NCBI GenBank assembly: GCA_025558095.1
Contig: JAIVFI010000004.1
Span: forward strand, 62,001-126,000
Length of the DNA stretch: 64,000 nt
Direction: 5' to 3'
Source of the DNA: Hyaloraphidium curvatum SAG 235-1
Taxonomy: Eukaryota; Fungi; Monoblepharomycota
Shown here: positions 44,710 through 56,467 of the stretch, in pieces
How the letters are laid out: each line of letters begins with the position of its first letter
Numbering within the stretch: position 1 is the first letter of the stretch
Program-made: the position numbers and the translations under genes
The notes under the pieces: model-generated
What the model was told of the DNA's origin: nothing
Seen by the model: only the letters and a program-made list of their open reading frames with translations
Database searches by the model: none

Positions 44710-45612
44710 ATGTCAGCGCCGTCCCCCGAGCCCGGCGCCGGCCCGCGGCCGCCATCGGCGGCACCGGCCGGCCCGTCGGACGAGGCGCTCTCGTTCCTGG
44801 CCGAGTACACGGGCCTCACGCTGCCCGAGTGCCGCGCCCGCGCCCTCGCCGTCCGCGACTCCGCGGTCTCGCAGAATCTCCACGTCTACCGCTGCGTCGC
44901 GGAGCTCATGTTCCTCACGGCGCGCGTCGCACGGCACCCGAAATATTCCGACGCGATGGCGGCCCTGGATGCCGACCCCGCCGCGCGGTGGCTCGAGGTC
45001 GGCTGCGCCTTCGGCGCCGACGTGCGCAAGCTGGTGCTGGACGGCTGGCCGGCCGCGCAGGTGCACTGCCTGGACGTGACCCGCGGGTACTGGGACCTCG
45101 GCTTGCGGCTGTTTGGGGACGCGGGCACGCTGGCGTGCCCCACGGCGTTCGGCAACATCCTCGAGGACGCGTTCTTCCCGCCCTCGCCGCCGCCCGGGTT
45201 CGCGGACCCGCTGCCGAGGAGGGCGTTCGCCGTCGTCTCGGTGGCGGCCGTCTTGCACGTGCTGGCCAAGGAGGACGTCGAGGGCCTGCTGTCCCGCATT
45301 TTCGAGCACTTGATGGCCCCCGGCGGCCTGCTCCTCGGCTCCTGCGTCGGCACGGCGGTCGAGGACGGCCAGTCGTGGTGGGAAACCCCCGACGGCACGG
45401 GCCGGCCGCGGTTCCTGCACTCGGGGGCCTCGCTGCGGCGCCTGCTGGAGAAGGTCGGCTACGTGGATGTGGAGGTGGGCCAGCACGTGCGGCCGGACAG
45501 GGCGATGCTGCGCTCCGAGGGTCCGAGGGAGGTGCAGCCGGGGACCAGGGAGGCCGAGGCGCTGGCCAACGACAACCTGCGGTACCTGGTGTTTTCGGCG
45601 AGGAAGCCCTGA
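44710..45612 (+). CDS. SAM-dependent methyltransferase (AusD/Trt5-like)
   Basis: YRCV..F, WLEVGCAFGADVRKL, GLRLF, AVLH. Confidence 0.85.
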   Translation: MSAPSPEPGAGPRPPSAAPAGPSDEALSFLAEYTGLTLPECRARALAVRDSAVSQNLHVYRCVAELMFLTARVARHPKYSDAMAALDADPAARWLEVGCAFGADVRKLVLDGWPAAQVHCLDVTRGYWDLGLRLFGDAGTLACPTAFGNILEDAFFPPSPPPGFADPLPRRAFAVVSVAAVLHVLAKEDVEGLLSRIFEHLMAPGGLLLGSCVGTAVEDGQSWWETPDGTGRPRFLHSGASLRRLLEKVGYVDVEVGQHVRPDRAMLRSEGPREVQPGTREAEALANDNLRYLVFSARKP

Positions 45613-45811
45613 GGGGGCGGCGGCTCGGACCTGGTTCGGCAGGACACTTTCTCTCACTTACGTAGTGCCTCTCGTAATGTTTGTTGTGGTGGAACCGCCG
45701 CAGGACGGGTACTTGGGCGGGGAACGCGATAGAACGGATAGATCGGTCGAGCGCAAAGGAAGGTCGGAGACGCGATCGCGCTTCAACACGTGCCGTCCAC
45801 ATGCACAGATG

Positions 45812-46734
45812 TCAAGCCCAAGCTGGCGGCGGACCAGCGGGCGATCGGCTCGCGAGGTTGCTCCGAGGCGCGAAGCGGAAGTGGACGTCGTCGAGCGTGA
45901 TCTGGACCATTTGCAGCTCGTCCGTGGGCTCCGACGCCGCTCCGGGTGCGACAAACAAAGGATGCATAGGGTCGCCTGTAGCGAAGAAAGAAATCTTCCA
46001 ATTCGAGATCACGAGACTAGATCAGGGTTCGGCAAGGCGAGGAATTTCAGTGCCCTCTCTCGCACTTCTTGGTAGAGCGGGCCGCCTCCCGCTTCCATGC
46101 TCCACTGGCTCCCGTGAAGCTTCAAGTCGCAACCCGCCAGCCTCTGCTCCGCGTCTGCGGGCTCCTCGCTCCCGTCCATCGGGGGAACCGGCAACGAACC
46201 ATGACCTCGCGCCGACCCGAGAACGTTGGAGCCTCGCCGGACAGGACGCCACTGTTCGCCTCGTCTTCGGCGTCAAGCACGTCCTTGACGGCCCGGTAGA
46301 AGCAAGCTGGGCGCACGAGATATTCCATTTTGGCGCGTGTCTCCGCCATGAGAGGATGGGTTGGCCGCTTCGGGCAGGGTAGTGGAGGGTGTTGATGTTG
46401 GCTGTCGTGGCGGGGCAACACGACAAGCTACGAGTCGCTCCGTTAGCGTACCAGGATACGATTCCGAAACGGCTGGTTTCCGAATCGGTGGATCGGGCAA
46501 GAGGGGACCCTCGGGCGTCCCCGGTCCACGGATCCCCCTTGACTTCCCTAGCCGTCGCACGATGCTGCGCCCGAAGTATGTGCGACGCCTGCTTCCCCTG
46601 GCTCCGCCACCTGCCGCAGCACCCGTCCTGTCACGGCCCGACGATCCGCGGCACAGATCCCGCACGTCGCCGAGCGAGTCACTCGGCACATATCCCATCG
46701 CCGACTGAGTCACCCGGCCATCCGTCTGCTCCAT
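45812..46734 (-). CDS. Possible multi-exon hypothetical gene or gene remnant
   Basis: Protein-like stretches (MEYLVRPACFYRAVKDVLD; ALKFLALPNPD; WKISFFATGD) and a GCTAAC..TAG acceptor; splicing not resolved. Confidence 0.3.
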
Positions 46735-47137
46735 GCTGTGGAGCACCCCGTCCTTGCCGCGGGGATCTGCACCTGAGTTCCCTGACCTACGCCGCCTGCG
46801 CGCAATTCCGCAACTCCTCAGCGGCTCGGTCCCTGGGCCGCACCATCTTGGGGGCATCTTGATCAGTCATTCGTGGAAGAGACCAGGTCGGGCCAAGGTG
46901 CGCAAATCTCGCATCCTGGGACCACCGGTCCCTCCTTGCCGTAAATCACAGAAACGTTCGCCGCCACGTCCGTCCTGCTGCGGGTCCAAATGCATCTGCC
47001 GAATGCATCTGACGAGGTTGCTTCCGAATGAGGCAAGAGGGGATCTAGTGTCCCTCGATCCCTCAAAATCGAACTCTCCCCGACGCCTCCCAATCCCCCA
47101 ACCTGTTCTCCAGGCTGCCCCCCGTGCCCACACCACT

Positions 47138-47946
47138 ATGTCGCGCCCGGTGTACACCGCGCTGCTTTCCCTGCTTGCCGCCGTGATCCTCCTTGTTGCC
47201 GGGGCCGCCGCGGCGCCCGGAGGGAAGGCCCCCGTCGTCTTCAAGCGCTCCTGCGGGGAGTGCGACAGTGCCGCCTTCTGGTACGCCACGGTTGAGCTGC
47301 TTGCCCGCGATGCCGCTGACCACCTTGCCGCCCGTGCCGCTGCTACCGCGCCTCACTCGCCGGCCACCCCCCTTCCGTTCCGCCTTCCCGCCCGGCGCTT
47401 CCGCCCGCGGCCGGGGATCCAGCGAGTTCGCCTACCCCAATGCCCCCGAAGGTCACGTCGCATGCGTCGGCCACGCCGACAGCCAGCACCTCTACAGGCG
47501 CTACGAAGCCTCCAAGCAGGCCACCCTGACGATGGTGGCCCTCAACAACGGCGGCCAGTTCTCGACGTCCGCCCAAGCGAAGTCCCTCGCCACCACCCTC
47601 ACGATCTTCAACCCCGGCGACGGGGACATGACCGTCACCGCCATCTCCATCGGCCCCCAGTCGGGCACCGCGAGCTGGGACATCGCCGCCCCGACGCCCA
47701 CGGGGGTGATCACCGCCGGCGGCGACGCGCTGCTGACCGCGTACGCGACCTACGTGACCGACTCGCAGGGGACCCTCACGCCCGTCGCGACGTTCACGGT
47801 GCTCGCCACCAACGCCGCGGGGGACCTTCCCGTCACGCCCACCGCGTTCTCGTTCACGGCCACGGCGACGCTGACGTACGTGGTGGGTGCATTATCCCGG
47901 GCTGCAAACCAACGGGGGGCTGACCTGCTCCCCTTTGCAGACTTGA
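47138..47946 (+). CDS. Secreted beta-rich (Ig-like?) protein, multi-exon
   Basis: Signal peptide YTALLSLLAAVILLVAGAAA, KR site, TLTIFNPGDGDMTVTAI. Confidence 0.65.
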
Positions 47947-48063
47947 TGCGACCGTGCGCGGATTCTCCATGCGAGACCACTCCGGGGCGCGACAAACAAA
48001 GCATGCATAGGATATCGTGGCTACATGCAGGGAATTGGATATCGTCCGACGACCGGGTCCCCT

Positions 48064-48803
48064 TTACTCTCCCCTGACTCCCCTTGCGGCCTCGGCGCCC
48101 GCGCCGACGCCCAGCGTCCCCACCGGCCTCCACACCCCGTCCCTGTCCACCTCCGTCGGATCCCCGCGGCGGGGTCCGACGGCGTCCTTGGCGGCCCAGT
48201 CGTCTGCGAGGATGGAAAGCGGGGAGGGAGGGCGACGCATGGGGTGCAGGGGTGTTTCGGATGCGTCGATGGGCCAGGTGTCGGGCGTGCCCTCGGGGAA
48301 TGCGATGAGGGAGGTCCAGTCGAAGTCGGCGGAAATAGGCTGGCCATCGGAGGAAGGAGCTGGCAGCGGGAGCGGTTCCGCGGGTGAGCGCAACGTCCTT
48401 CGCACCGGACCATGGCGGCACACCCACGGAAAGAGACGGAGCCATCGGCGGCGAGCTCCAGCAACACCTTATAGAGCGTGCCAAGCCAGGCCGGCGGGCC
48501 GGAGCTGTCCGCCGGAGCAGCGGGCTCTGCGGGGGGCTGCGCGGGCCTGGGCGGTGCGCCGGTTGTCAAGCGCGGGCTGCGCCGTCCCTCAGCGTGCGGC
48601 GCGCCGGCGGCCCCGATGGGCGGCGCGAGCGACGCGCGCAGCGGCTCGGAGAAGCGCGGGCCGCCGCGGGCCTGCGGCGGCGCGGGGGGCGGCGCGGGGG
48701 ACGCTGCGGGACCGCGGCACCGTCAGCAGCCGGCCACGGGGCTCCTGCCGCGCTGCGATGCGGCGCCGCGCGGCAGCCGGCGGATCTCACCGGCAGCGTG
48801 CAT
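48064..48803 (-). CDS. Hypothetical low-complexity protein, 3 exons
   Basis: ATG 48803; two GT-AG introns join MHAA, ASPAPP...VSF and PPSSDGQ...GE* in frame. Confidence 0.45.
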
Positions 48804-49447
48804 CTCGGCTGCTGCCGGCGTTGGGGCGGCGGGCGGCTGATGGGGGAGCGGGGGTGCGAACGCAAGGTAGACAGGGAAAGGTTGGCCAGGCACCGCAGCC
48901 AGGCGGCGCGCGCGCTGACCCACTCGTCTCGGGCCTAACTCGTAATTCGCTAACCTAGGTTAACCCACTCTCAGGTACCCGACTGCGGCGCGTTTCATGG
49001 ACGTACCCGGATGGCCGGCTTTTGTAGTCGATGTCAGCGCAAGCGTGGGCGGCGCGAGGTGGGCGACAAGCAAACCCTGCCTGTCTCAGGAACGGAGTGT
49101 CGGCAGCGGACTGCTTCACCATGGGCTCACGGACAACTGGCTACGGGCTTTTCTCGTCTACATGGAGGGCGTCTTCTACCGGCCGGGGCTGGTGCACTGG
49201 TGTTCAGACTGTTCAGACAGCAGACGCTGTCCAGGCACTGTCCAGACACTGCCGTCGATCAAACGACGATCAAACGGCACGATGCCTGCCTGGGATTTAT
49301 CGCTATCTTTGGTCGTATCCAGCTAGGCCCGGGTTTGTCCGTGCGGGTCCGCGTGGGCGAGGGCGTCCAATCCCCAACATCGTCTACTCATAGCCAACGA
49401 GTCCACCATGCCTCAGACGTCGTCGTCGCGAGATCTACTGCGCCCGT

Positions 49448-50011
49448 TCACGACAGTCCCGGAATCAAGCCCAGCTCGTCCACCCGGTAGTACCTGCTCA
49501 GATTCTCCGGCTCCAACAGCCGCACCTCCTGGTCCAGATGCCGCATCAGCGCCGGTCCGAACGAGTCCATGACCTCCTTGAGCTCCGACAGCCGCAGCTC
49601 CCTCTCCCCTTTCCGGCAGGCCTCGAGCAGCGCCTTCATTCTGTCCATCCCCGCGTGGATCTCGCCGTGCTGCGCCGTGAGCACCCCGGCACTCGAAAAC
49701 TCCGGGATCCGCCGCGCGAGAGCGGGGAAGACGTAGTATTCCTCGATGTCGTGGTGTCCCTCGAGGTTCTCGAGGAACCCCAGGCCCGCGGAGAGGAACT
49801 CGCGGATCGACACGCCGGGCGGCCGCGAGCCCGCGGTGCACGCGCCGTGGAGGTAGGCCCACGTGCGGCGGAAGTGCTCGTGGAACATGTCCATCTTGCG
49901 GGCCACGCGCGTGTACTGCTGCCGCTCGGCGGGCGTCAGCGCGGGGGGTTCCTTGGGGTCGGGCGCGGTCGTGGGGGGCTGGGCGGCCGCGGCGGGCTGC
50001 GCGGCGTCCAT
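49448..50011 (-). CDS. Hemerythrin-like (HHE) domain protein
   Basis: FHEHFR, HHDIEE..FP.L, QHGEIH, HLDQE. Confidence 0.88.
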   Translation of the reverse strand: MDAAQPAAAAQPPTTAPDPKEPPALTPAERQQYTRVARKMDMFHEHFRRTWAYLHGACTAGSRPPGVSIREFLSAGLGFLENLEGHHDIEEYYVFPALARRIPEFSSAGVLTAQHGEIHAGMDRMKALLEACRKGERELRLSELKEVMDSFGPALMRHLDQEVRLLEPENLSRYYRVDELGLIPGLS

Positions 50012-50339
50012 CGGTTTACTGCGATGGAGCGGAGCAAGCGGAGAGCAGGATAGGAAGGGTTTAAAGGCGATTCCGGGGCGGAGCGGGGGGCCTTTGAGGA
50101 CGTTTCGGAACATCGGAAAATCGGCCGATCCTTCACCTCAACCCTCGACACTCGAACCCGCCAGAAACGACCAGAAGAATCGCTAACCTGCACATATGCA
50201 GCGGGGTCAGCTTTGCTTGGGAGGATGTTCTGGGACTCGGTCGCAATCCCACGTTGTGCGGCCAACGAATACCCTACTCCATACCGTGAATCAGATGCAC
50301 AGCACATCCACCCATGCACTTCTCCCTCCTCCCAGCGCC

Positions 50340-52994
50340 TCACACCAGCGGCACCCCTCCCCCGGGCGGCCCCCCCTGCCCGTCCGAAGAGGCCCAGCTC
50401 CTCCCGCTCCTGTCGCTCGCCAAGCTGAGCGCCGACACGTCCGCCATGACCGCGTACCGCCGCATCATGCCGAACTTTTCGATCGCGGCGTACAGATCGC
50501 GGGCGCGGACGGGCTTGGCGACGTGCGCGTCCATGCCCGCCGCGAAGCAGTTCTGGCGGTCGTCGAGCATCGCGTTGGCGCTGCCCGGAAGGGGACCGGG
50601 GTCAGGAGGGCGAGGGGGAAACCGATGGGCGACCCACGTCAAGGCGATGATGGCGGGCTGCTCGGCGGGCTGTAGCTCGTGCCGGATCATCCTCGTCGCC
50701 TCCAACCCGTCGAGCACCTGCAACGAATGTCAGCCTCCGCGGAGCTCCCCATCAACAAAGCACGACCCACCGGCATCTGCACGTCCATCAGCACCACGTC
50801 GAACGGGTTCCTGTGCCTCCTCTCCAGCACCATCCTCACAGCCTCCTCCCCGTCCCGCGCCGTCGCCACGTGCTCCCCCTCCGCGTATCCCTCCTTCGAG
50901 AGCAGCTTGACCACCAGCCGCTGGTTGACCGTGTTGTCCTCCACCACGAGGATCTGCACGGGGAGCTTCCGCGCCAGGGGCTCCGCCGTCGGCGCGACGA
51001 TGGCCGGGGCGTCGGCGGGGGAGGGTAGGATCGAGCGGGGCTGCGCACCCGGGTCCGCGACGGGGGGCACGGGCCCGTCGCCATCGGGCACCAAGGAAAA
51101 CAGCTGCTCGTTGGCGCGGTCCATGTCGCGGTACCGGTCCGCGCCCTTGTTCCGCCGGGGGTGGTTCCCCAGCAGGCTCGCGTGCCTCGTGACCTCGTTG
51201 CCCCCGCCGCCGTTCTGTTCCTTCCTTCGCTCCCCGGACGCCGAACCCTCGGTGTTGCGCGCGCGCCGGGGCTTGCCCCTCTTGACACGCCGCACGTGGC
51301 TGCTCAGCGGGCCTTCCTCGATCGGCACGCTGAAAATGTCCTCCGGGGAGTAGTCCACCTCGAACCAGAAGGTGCACCCGAGCCCCTCGCCCTCCGAGTC
51401 GACCCCGATCCGGCCGCCCAGCAGCCCCACCAGGCGGCGGGAGATGAACAGCCCCAGCCCCGTGCCGCCAAACTGCCGCGCGTAGGACGGGTCCCCCGGC
51501 GAAAACTCCTTGAACAGCAGGGGGAGCTTGTCCCGCGCCAGGCCGATCCCCGTGTCGGCGACGGAGATCCGCAGGGTGTGCGATTTCGGCGAGTCCGACG
51601 GGCCGAGGGCGAGGCTCGAGCGGCGGCGGCCGCCGGGGATCGGCGGCGCGGTGCCCGCCGGCTGCTGCTCCCCTCGGAGGAACGCCTGCACCGCGATGGA
51701 GATGGTCCCCCCCGCGGGCGTGAACTTCTTGGCGTTGGTCAGGAGGTTGTGCAGCACCTGCGCCAGGCGGAGCTCGTCCGAGACGACCATCTCGGGGACC
51801 TCGGCCGAGCCGGGGCGGTCCGCGCTCGGGGGCAGAACCTCGGCGCGGAGGTCGATGCCCAGTTCGCGGGCGCGGGAGTAGTGCACCGCGTGGACGGTGG
51901 CGAGGAACTCGCGGGGGTGGAAGGGGGCGAGCTGGACGTCCATCTTGCCGGCTTCGATCTTGGAGACGTCTGATTGGGGCGGGGGTCAGCAGAGAGGCGG
52001 GGTGGGGCGGCACGGGAGAGCTACCGATGAGATCGTTGATGATGTTAGTCAGGCTGTCTCCCGCGTTGCGGATCATTAGCGCCCAGCTCTGTTCCTCCTC
52101 CGTTAGGCCCTCGGCGTCCTCGAGCAGTCGCGAGAAGCCGATGATGGCAGTCAGCGGCGTTCGTAGCTCGTGGCTGACAAAGGAACCATCAGTTGCTGTC
52201 CAAAAGCGTGACGTCGGCCAACAGAGTCACCTGATGGTGGCCACGAAGGTCGTCTTTGCCCTGTTCGCCGCCTCGGCGGCGTCCAGCGCCGCCTTGAGCT
52301 GCCGTGCCGAGTCGTGCTCAGCCCGCGACGCCGTGCTTGTGATGCAGAACCTAGCCGTCCCCCGCGGCACCTCGCCATCGTCGTCCCCGGGTGCCGACAC
52401 GCACCGGATCACCACGTCCGGGCGCACGGGCGGCTCGGGGGCGCCGGGCAGGTTGGGCGCCTGGAAGCGCACCGTCGCGCCCGAGGTGGCCAGCTTCGCG
52501 GCCTCGAAGAACTGCGCCCGCTGCTCGCGGAACACGCGGTACAGCGGGTTGCGGCGGGCCACGGGGCCCCCGGCGGCGAGGTCGCGCTTCGCCGCGCCGG
52601 GGGTCATGAGCGCCGCGCCCGCCGAAGTCTGCCGCGGCAGGTCGAAGTAGCCGCCCGTCTTGGAGGAGTCCGATGCCCGCGGCGTCGTGCTGGGCGTCGC
52701 CGGCGACACCGCCGCCGCGAGCAGCGCGCCCATCTCCGCCAGTCCGGCCGCGTTCACCTCCGCCACGGCAAACTCGTCGTCCTCGGGGTCCTCCGCGTCC
52801 GATGCGCCCGATCCGCCCTCCGCCAGCCTCGCCTTATAGAGGCTGCCCGGCGTCCAGTCGACGACGGCCTGCGCCGTCGCCGCCGACTCGAAGAAAAACC
52901 GGTGCCGCTCGCCCTCCCGCCGCAGCCGCGCGATTTCGGCGTCCTTGGTACGCAGCTCGGCGAGCAGCGCCGCCACGGCGTCGGCCGCCGCCAT
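50340..52994 (-). CDS. Hybrid histidine kinase (PAS-like input, HisKA, HATPase_c, receiver), multi-exon
   Basis: S|HELRTPL, NLLTNAKKFT, DTGIG, GGTGLGL, VEDN, LMDVQMP, KP. Confidence 0.93.
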
Positions 52995-53413
52995 GGGGCA
53001 CCGCCGGGCCGATATGACGCGATGTGCTGCGGCGTCTCGTCGACCGCCGGACGCTGCTCGCGTCCCAAACACCCCGGGCGGCCACCCGGAAACGGGGTCC
53101 GTATGACGATCGACAATGTGCCGGTGACGATAGGAGGGAATTGGGAGAGATTCGCATGGAATGCGGCCGTTCTGGTTGACGGATGAATCAGCGATCGCGT
53201 GTCGACCTCGGGCTCTGATCCGACGCTAATCCCGCCGAATCGAGCCAATCGTTGCTTGCAACATATTCTGAACTGCTTCCCGCTTCATTCGGTGCCGGTG
53301 TGGCCCCCACAAGGCAGTCCCGGGTGTCGAGCGGCGCGCCTGCGCCCCTCGCCCTGCTCGGTCCTGGCTCCAAACACGTCCCGCGTTCCCGTTCGCCCCT
53401 CCCCTTTCCCGCG

Positions 53414-54223
53414 ATGGAACTCCCCACCCTCGGCGCACACTGCTCCCTCCCCTCCTGCACCGCCCTGGACTTCCTCCCCTTCCCGTGCCCGAAATGCCCC
53501 GGCGCGTTCTGCCCCGCGCACAGGCACTACGCGTCGCACGCGTGCCCCGGGGACCCGGACCGCGTGGTTTCCGCGGAGGACGCGCAGAAGGGGGAGAGCG
53601 AGAAGGCGGCCTGCGGGAGGGAGGGGTGCGGCGTGCGGGAGGTCCGGACGCTCCTGTCGACGTGTGCCGGGTGCGGGGGCGCGTACTGCCTCGCGCACAG
53701 GCACGCGGCGGACCATGCCTGCGCTTCATTGGGGGACCGGGAGAGGGAAAAGGAGAAGAAAAAGGAGGAGGCGAAGGATTTCGTGGGGAAGCACATGGGG
53801 ACCGCCTTGGGGAAGCCGGCCGCGACGACCTCCGCTGCCCCCGCCAAGCCGCCCCCGAAACCGAAGAAGCTCAACCTGCAGATCGAGATCATGAAGCTCA
53901 AGCAGCGGGCCAAGGGCGACCCCGCCGTCCCCATGGAGTCGCGCGTCTACCTGACGGTCCGCATGCCCAAGGAGGCCGGCGGCGCGGACGAGCCGTGCTT
54001 CTTCCACCGCGACTGGACCGTCGGCCGGATCGTCGACCTGCTGGCCAAGCAGGGCAAGGTGGCGAACCGGAACAACGTATCTTCGGATCCGGGGGACCTG
54101 CTGGCCCTGTTCTCGGCGGAGGGGGCGAGGTTCGACACCGCGAGGACGCTCGGGGAGCTGGCGGCGGAGGGCGCGGCGAGCGGGTCGAGGGTGGTGTTCG
54201 AACGGGGCCCGTACGAGCCTTGA
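53414..54223 (+). CDS. ZFAND1: AN1-type zinc finger protein with C-terminal ubiquitin-like domain (Cuz1/ZFAND1-like)
   Basis: Two AN1 fingers (LDFLPF.C..C..FC..HR..H.C; YCLAHRH..HAC), KLKQRAKGD, WTVGRIVD. Confidence 0.88.
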   Translation: MELPTLGAHCSLPSCTALDFLPFPCPKCPGAFCPAHRHYASHACPGDPDRVVSAEDAQKGESEKAACGREGCGVREVRTLLSTCAGCGGAYCLAHRHAADHACASLGDREREKEKKKEEAKDFVGKHMGTALGKPAATTSAAPAKPPPKPKKLNLQIEIMKLKQRAKGDPAVPMESRVYLTVRMPKEAGGADEPCFFHRDWTVGRIVDLLAKQGKVANRNNVSSDPGDLLALFSAEGARFDTARTLGELAAEGAASGSRVVFERGPYEP

Positions 54224-54504
54224 AGAGCAGCAGATGCACGTCTGCGGAGTATTCCAAATCCTGGACAACGCCGTCCCGTTCTCCCTTCAGTTTTCCGTCC
54301 GCCGGCGACTTCACCACAGCAAACAGTGGACGGAGCGCCACGTTACGGTCCAGAAGATTGTCCGGGCGGTCGCCCCATCCCTCGGAGCTTCCTCGCCGAG
54401 CCGGCGGCATAAACAGCGTTCCGGTATTGCACACGACGCGATATGTTACATAGAGATAATCCAACCTGCATATGTACAGCGCGTCCCTCCGCCGGCATCC
54501 ACAC

Positions 54505-56467
54505 CTACTCCGACTCGTTCCCCCCATCCTCGTCGGCACCCGCCTCGGGTGCCACCCACCAGGCCGCCCGGACGTCGCGGGGGTCCGTCGGCGGGGAAAT
54601 GTCGGCGAGCGCCACGGTGTGCGGCGGGAACGCCATGAACGCGAACTCGGCGAGGCCGGCGAGCAGGGGCCCCGGCGTGAGGCCGTCGAGAGGCGGCGCA
54701 TCGTGCCCCGTGGTCTGCTCGTGCGCGTCGGCGTCGGGAAAGTGGTGCTCGCGCTCCTTGCTCTTGGCCGAGGCGGTGACCGGCGCCGGAATGTCGTCGG
54801 CCTCCTCCATCAACTCGGCGGGCTCCATCTCGGGAGAGTTGCAGAGGGTGGAGGAGCCGCTCCTGGGGGCTGCTCGGAATCATATGTCAGCAAGTCGACC
54901 GCCATTCGCGCGCAAGGGACATACGGGGGGAAGGCAGGCGGCTCGGTCCTCCGGCATTGGCCCATTCCGCAGCCTCCCGCATCAAGGCAAAGGCGTAGCT
55001 GTCGTCTTCAGCGTCGGGGCCGGGACCGATCTCGGCTGCTTTGCGCGGAGGATCAGGTACTTCCGAGGGGAAGCAGACAGGAACCGACCTCGACCTTCGC
55101 CGCCCTCCATGTCCCCGTCCTCGGACTCGTCCTCGGTGTACTCCACCACCTCGTCGTCGGGGCAGGTTGATGCGAGGGGCGCTGCATGGCGCGGAATCAG
55201 CGGTTCGCGAGGCAGGAGCGCGCCCGAGATTTAGTACCTGCCGGAGGCTGGCGGCCATCTCGCCTTAGGATCCAGTCGGCATAGGCAGCTCCCCAGTCCG
55301 CCTCGTCCACTGCGCGGCGAAAGACCGGCCAGCCTCGTTCCGCACTTGGGGCAGTGCCCGCCGTCGTAGTGCCTGGAGTGGGACGGCGTCCGTCAGACGG
55401 CGCGGGGCGGAGAGCGGAAAGGCAGATCCCACATCCTCTTCATGTGCTCCTTGTCGATGTGCTTGACCAGCTTGCACACCCTGCCGAGGTCCTTGGGCTG
55501 AAGCTCCTCGGTGACGAGGTCGGTGGACCATCCGAGGGCGTCCGGCTTGATGAACGTCACAATGTAGGTCTTGCCGGGGACGCGATCTTTGGCGCAGGTG
55601 CCGGCCTTCTGCTTGGGGCCGGCCTTTCGGCCGCGGTCCTTGCTGCCGGCCTGCGTCCTGCCACCCGTTCCCTCCGCGGCCGTCTCGCGGATCCTGATCA
55701 CGTCCGGCCGGCTCTGCCGGGCGCACGCGCGCTTGGCCTCCTCGCAGCAGTCCATATCGTGCTGGGGGCACTCTGCGCGGGTTGGCTCGGGCTGCGGAGC
55801 CGGGGCGGTGGCTGCGCGAGCCTTGCTGCTTTTGGCGCGCTTGCTGGGCTTCTTGGAGGTCGGAGGGTCGTCGGCATGGCGCTTGGCGGGTCGCTTGGCC
55901 TGCTCTGGCAGGGCCGGGACGGCCTGCGGTGCGGGGGCCGGCTTGGAGCCCACGCGGGCGCTGCGGCGCGTCTCGGCGGCAGGCTGGGCCGCAGCAGGAT
56001 CGGGGGGCTGCCGGAAGCCGAATTCGGCTGCCGAATGCTGGGCGGGTGGGTGGGCACCGTCGCCGTGGCCGGTCACGTGGCCTGCGGGGCCGCGGGGGTC
56101 GGCAGCGGCCGGAAGAGACGCCGACGACGCGGGAGGGCGACCGGTGGCCCGAGCAGGCGGGGATATGGCGGGTCCTGTGTGGCAGGGAGGTCAGCACGCG
56201 TGCCGGGGCAGCGCGGGGGGCACGGGGGCACCTTGCTGCACAGTGGCAAACGGCAGCGCCGGTCCATCGGGGGCATCGGGCGGGGCGCCGAGCGCGGCAG
56301 TCGCTGCCGGGTTGCCATCGGCCGGCGGAGGGGGAGGAGCGGGGCCATCGTCGGGGGGGTGCGTCGGCGGTCCCAATACTGTGGAACAGGCCCAGGCGGG
56401 CGAGCGTCAGCACACGCGTGGCGATGCTGCCGCCGGAAATCCCACCGGCCCTTGCTTTCTTGGCCAT
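54505..56467 (-). pseudogene. Zn-finger family paralog A; internal deletion removes most of the finger exon and shifts the frame
   Basis: Collinear with paralog B; near 55325 CPKCGTRLAG runs straight into the 3' end of the next intron, leaving VDEADWG out of frame. Confidence 0.55.

Noticed and set aside
49195-49255. Short ctgt(t/c)cag repeats in intergenic DNA
   Set aside because: Only about 4 degenerate copies; no supportable function
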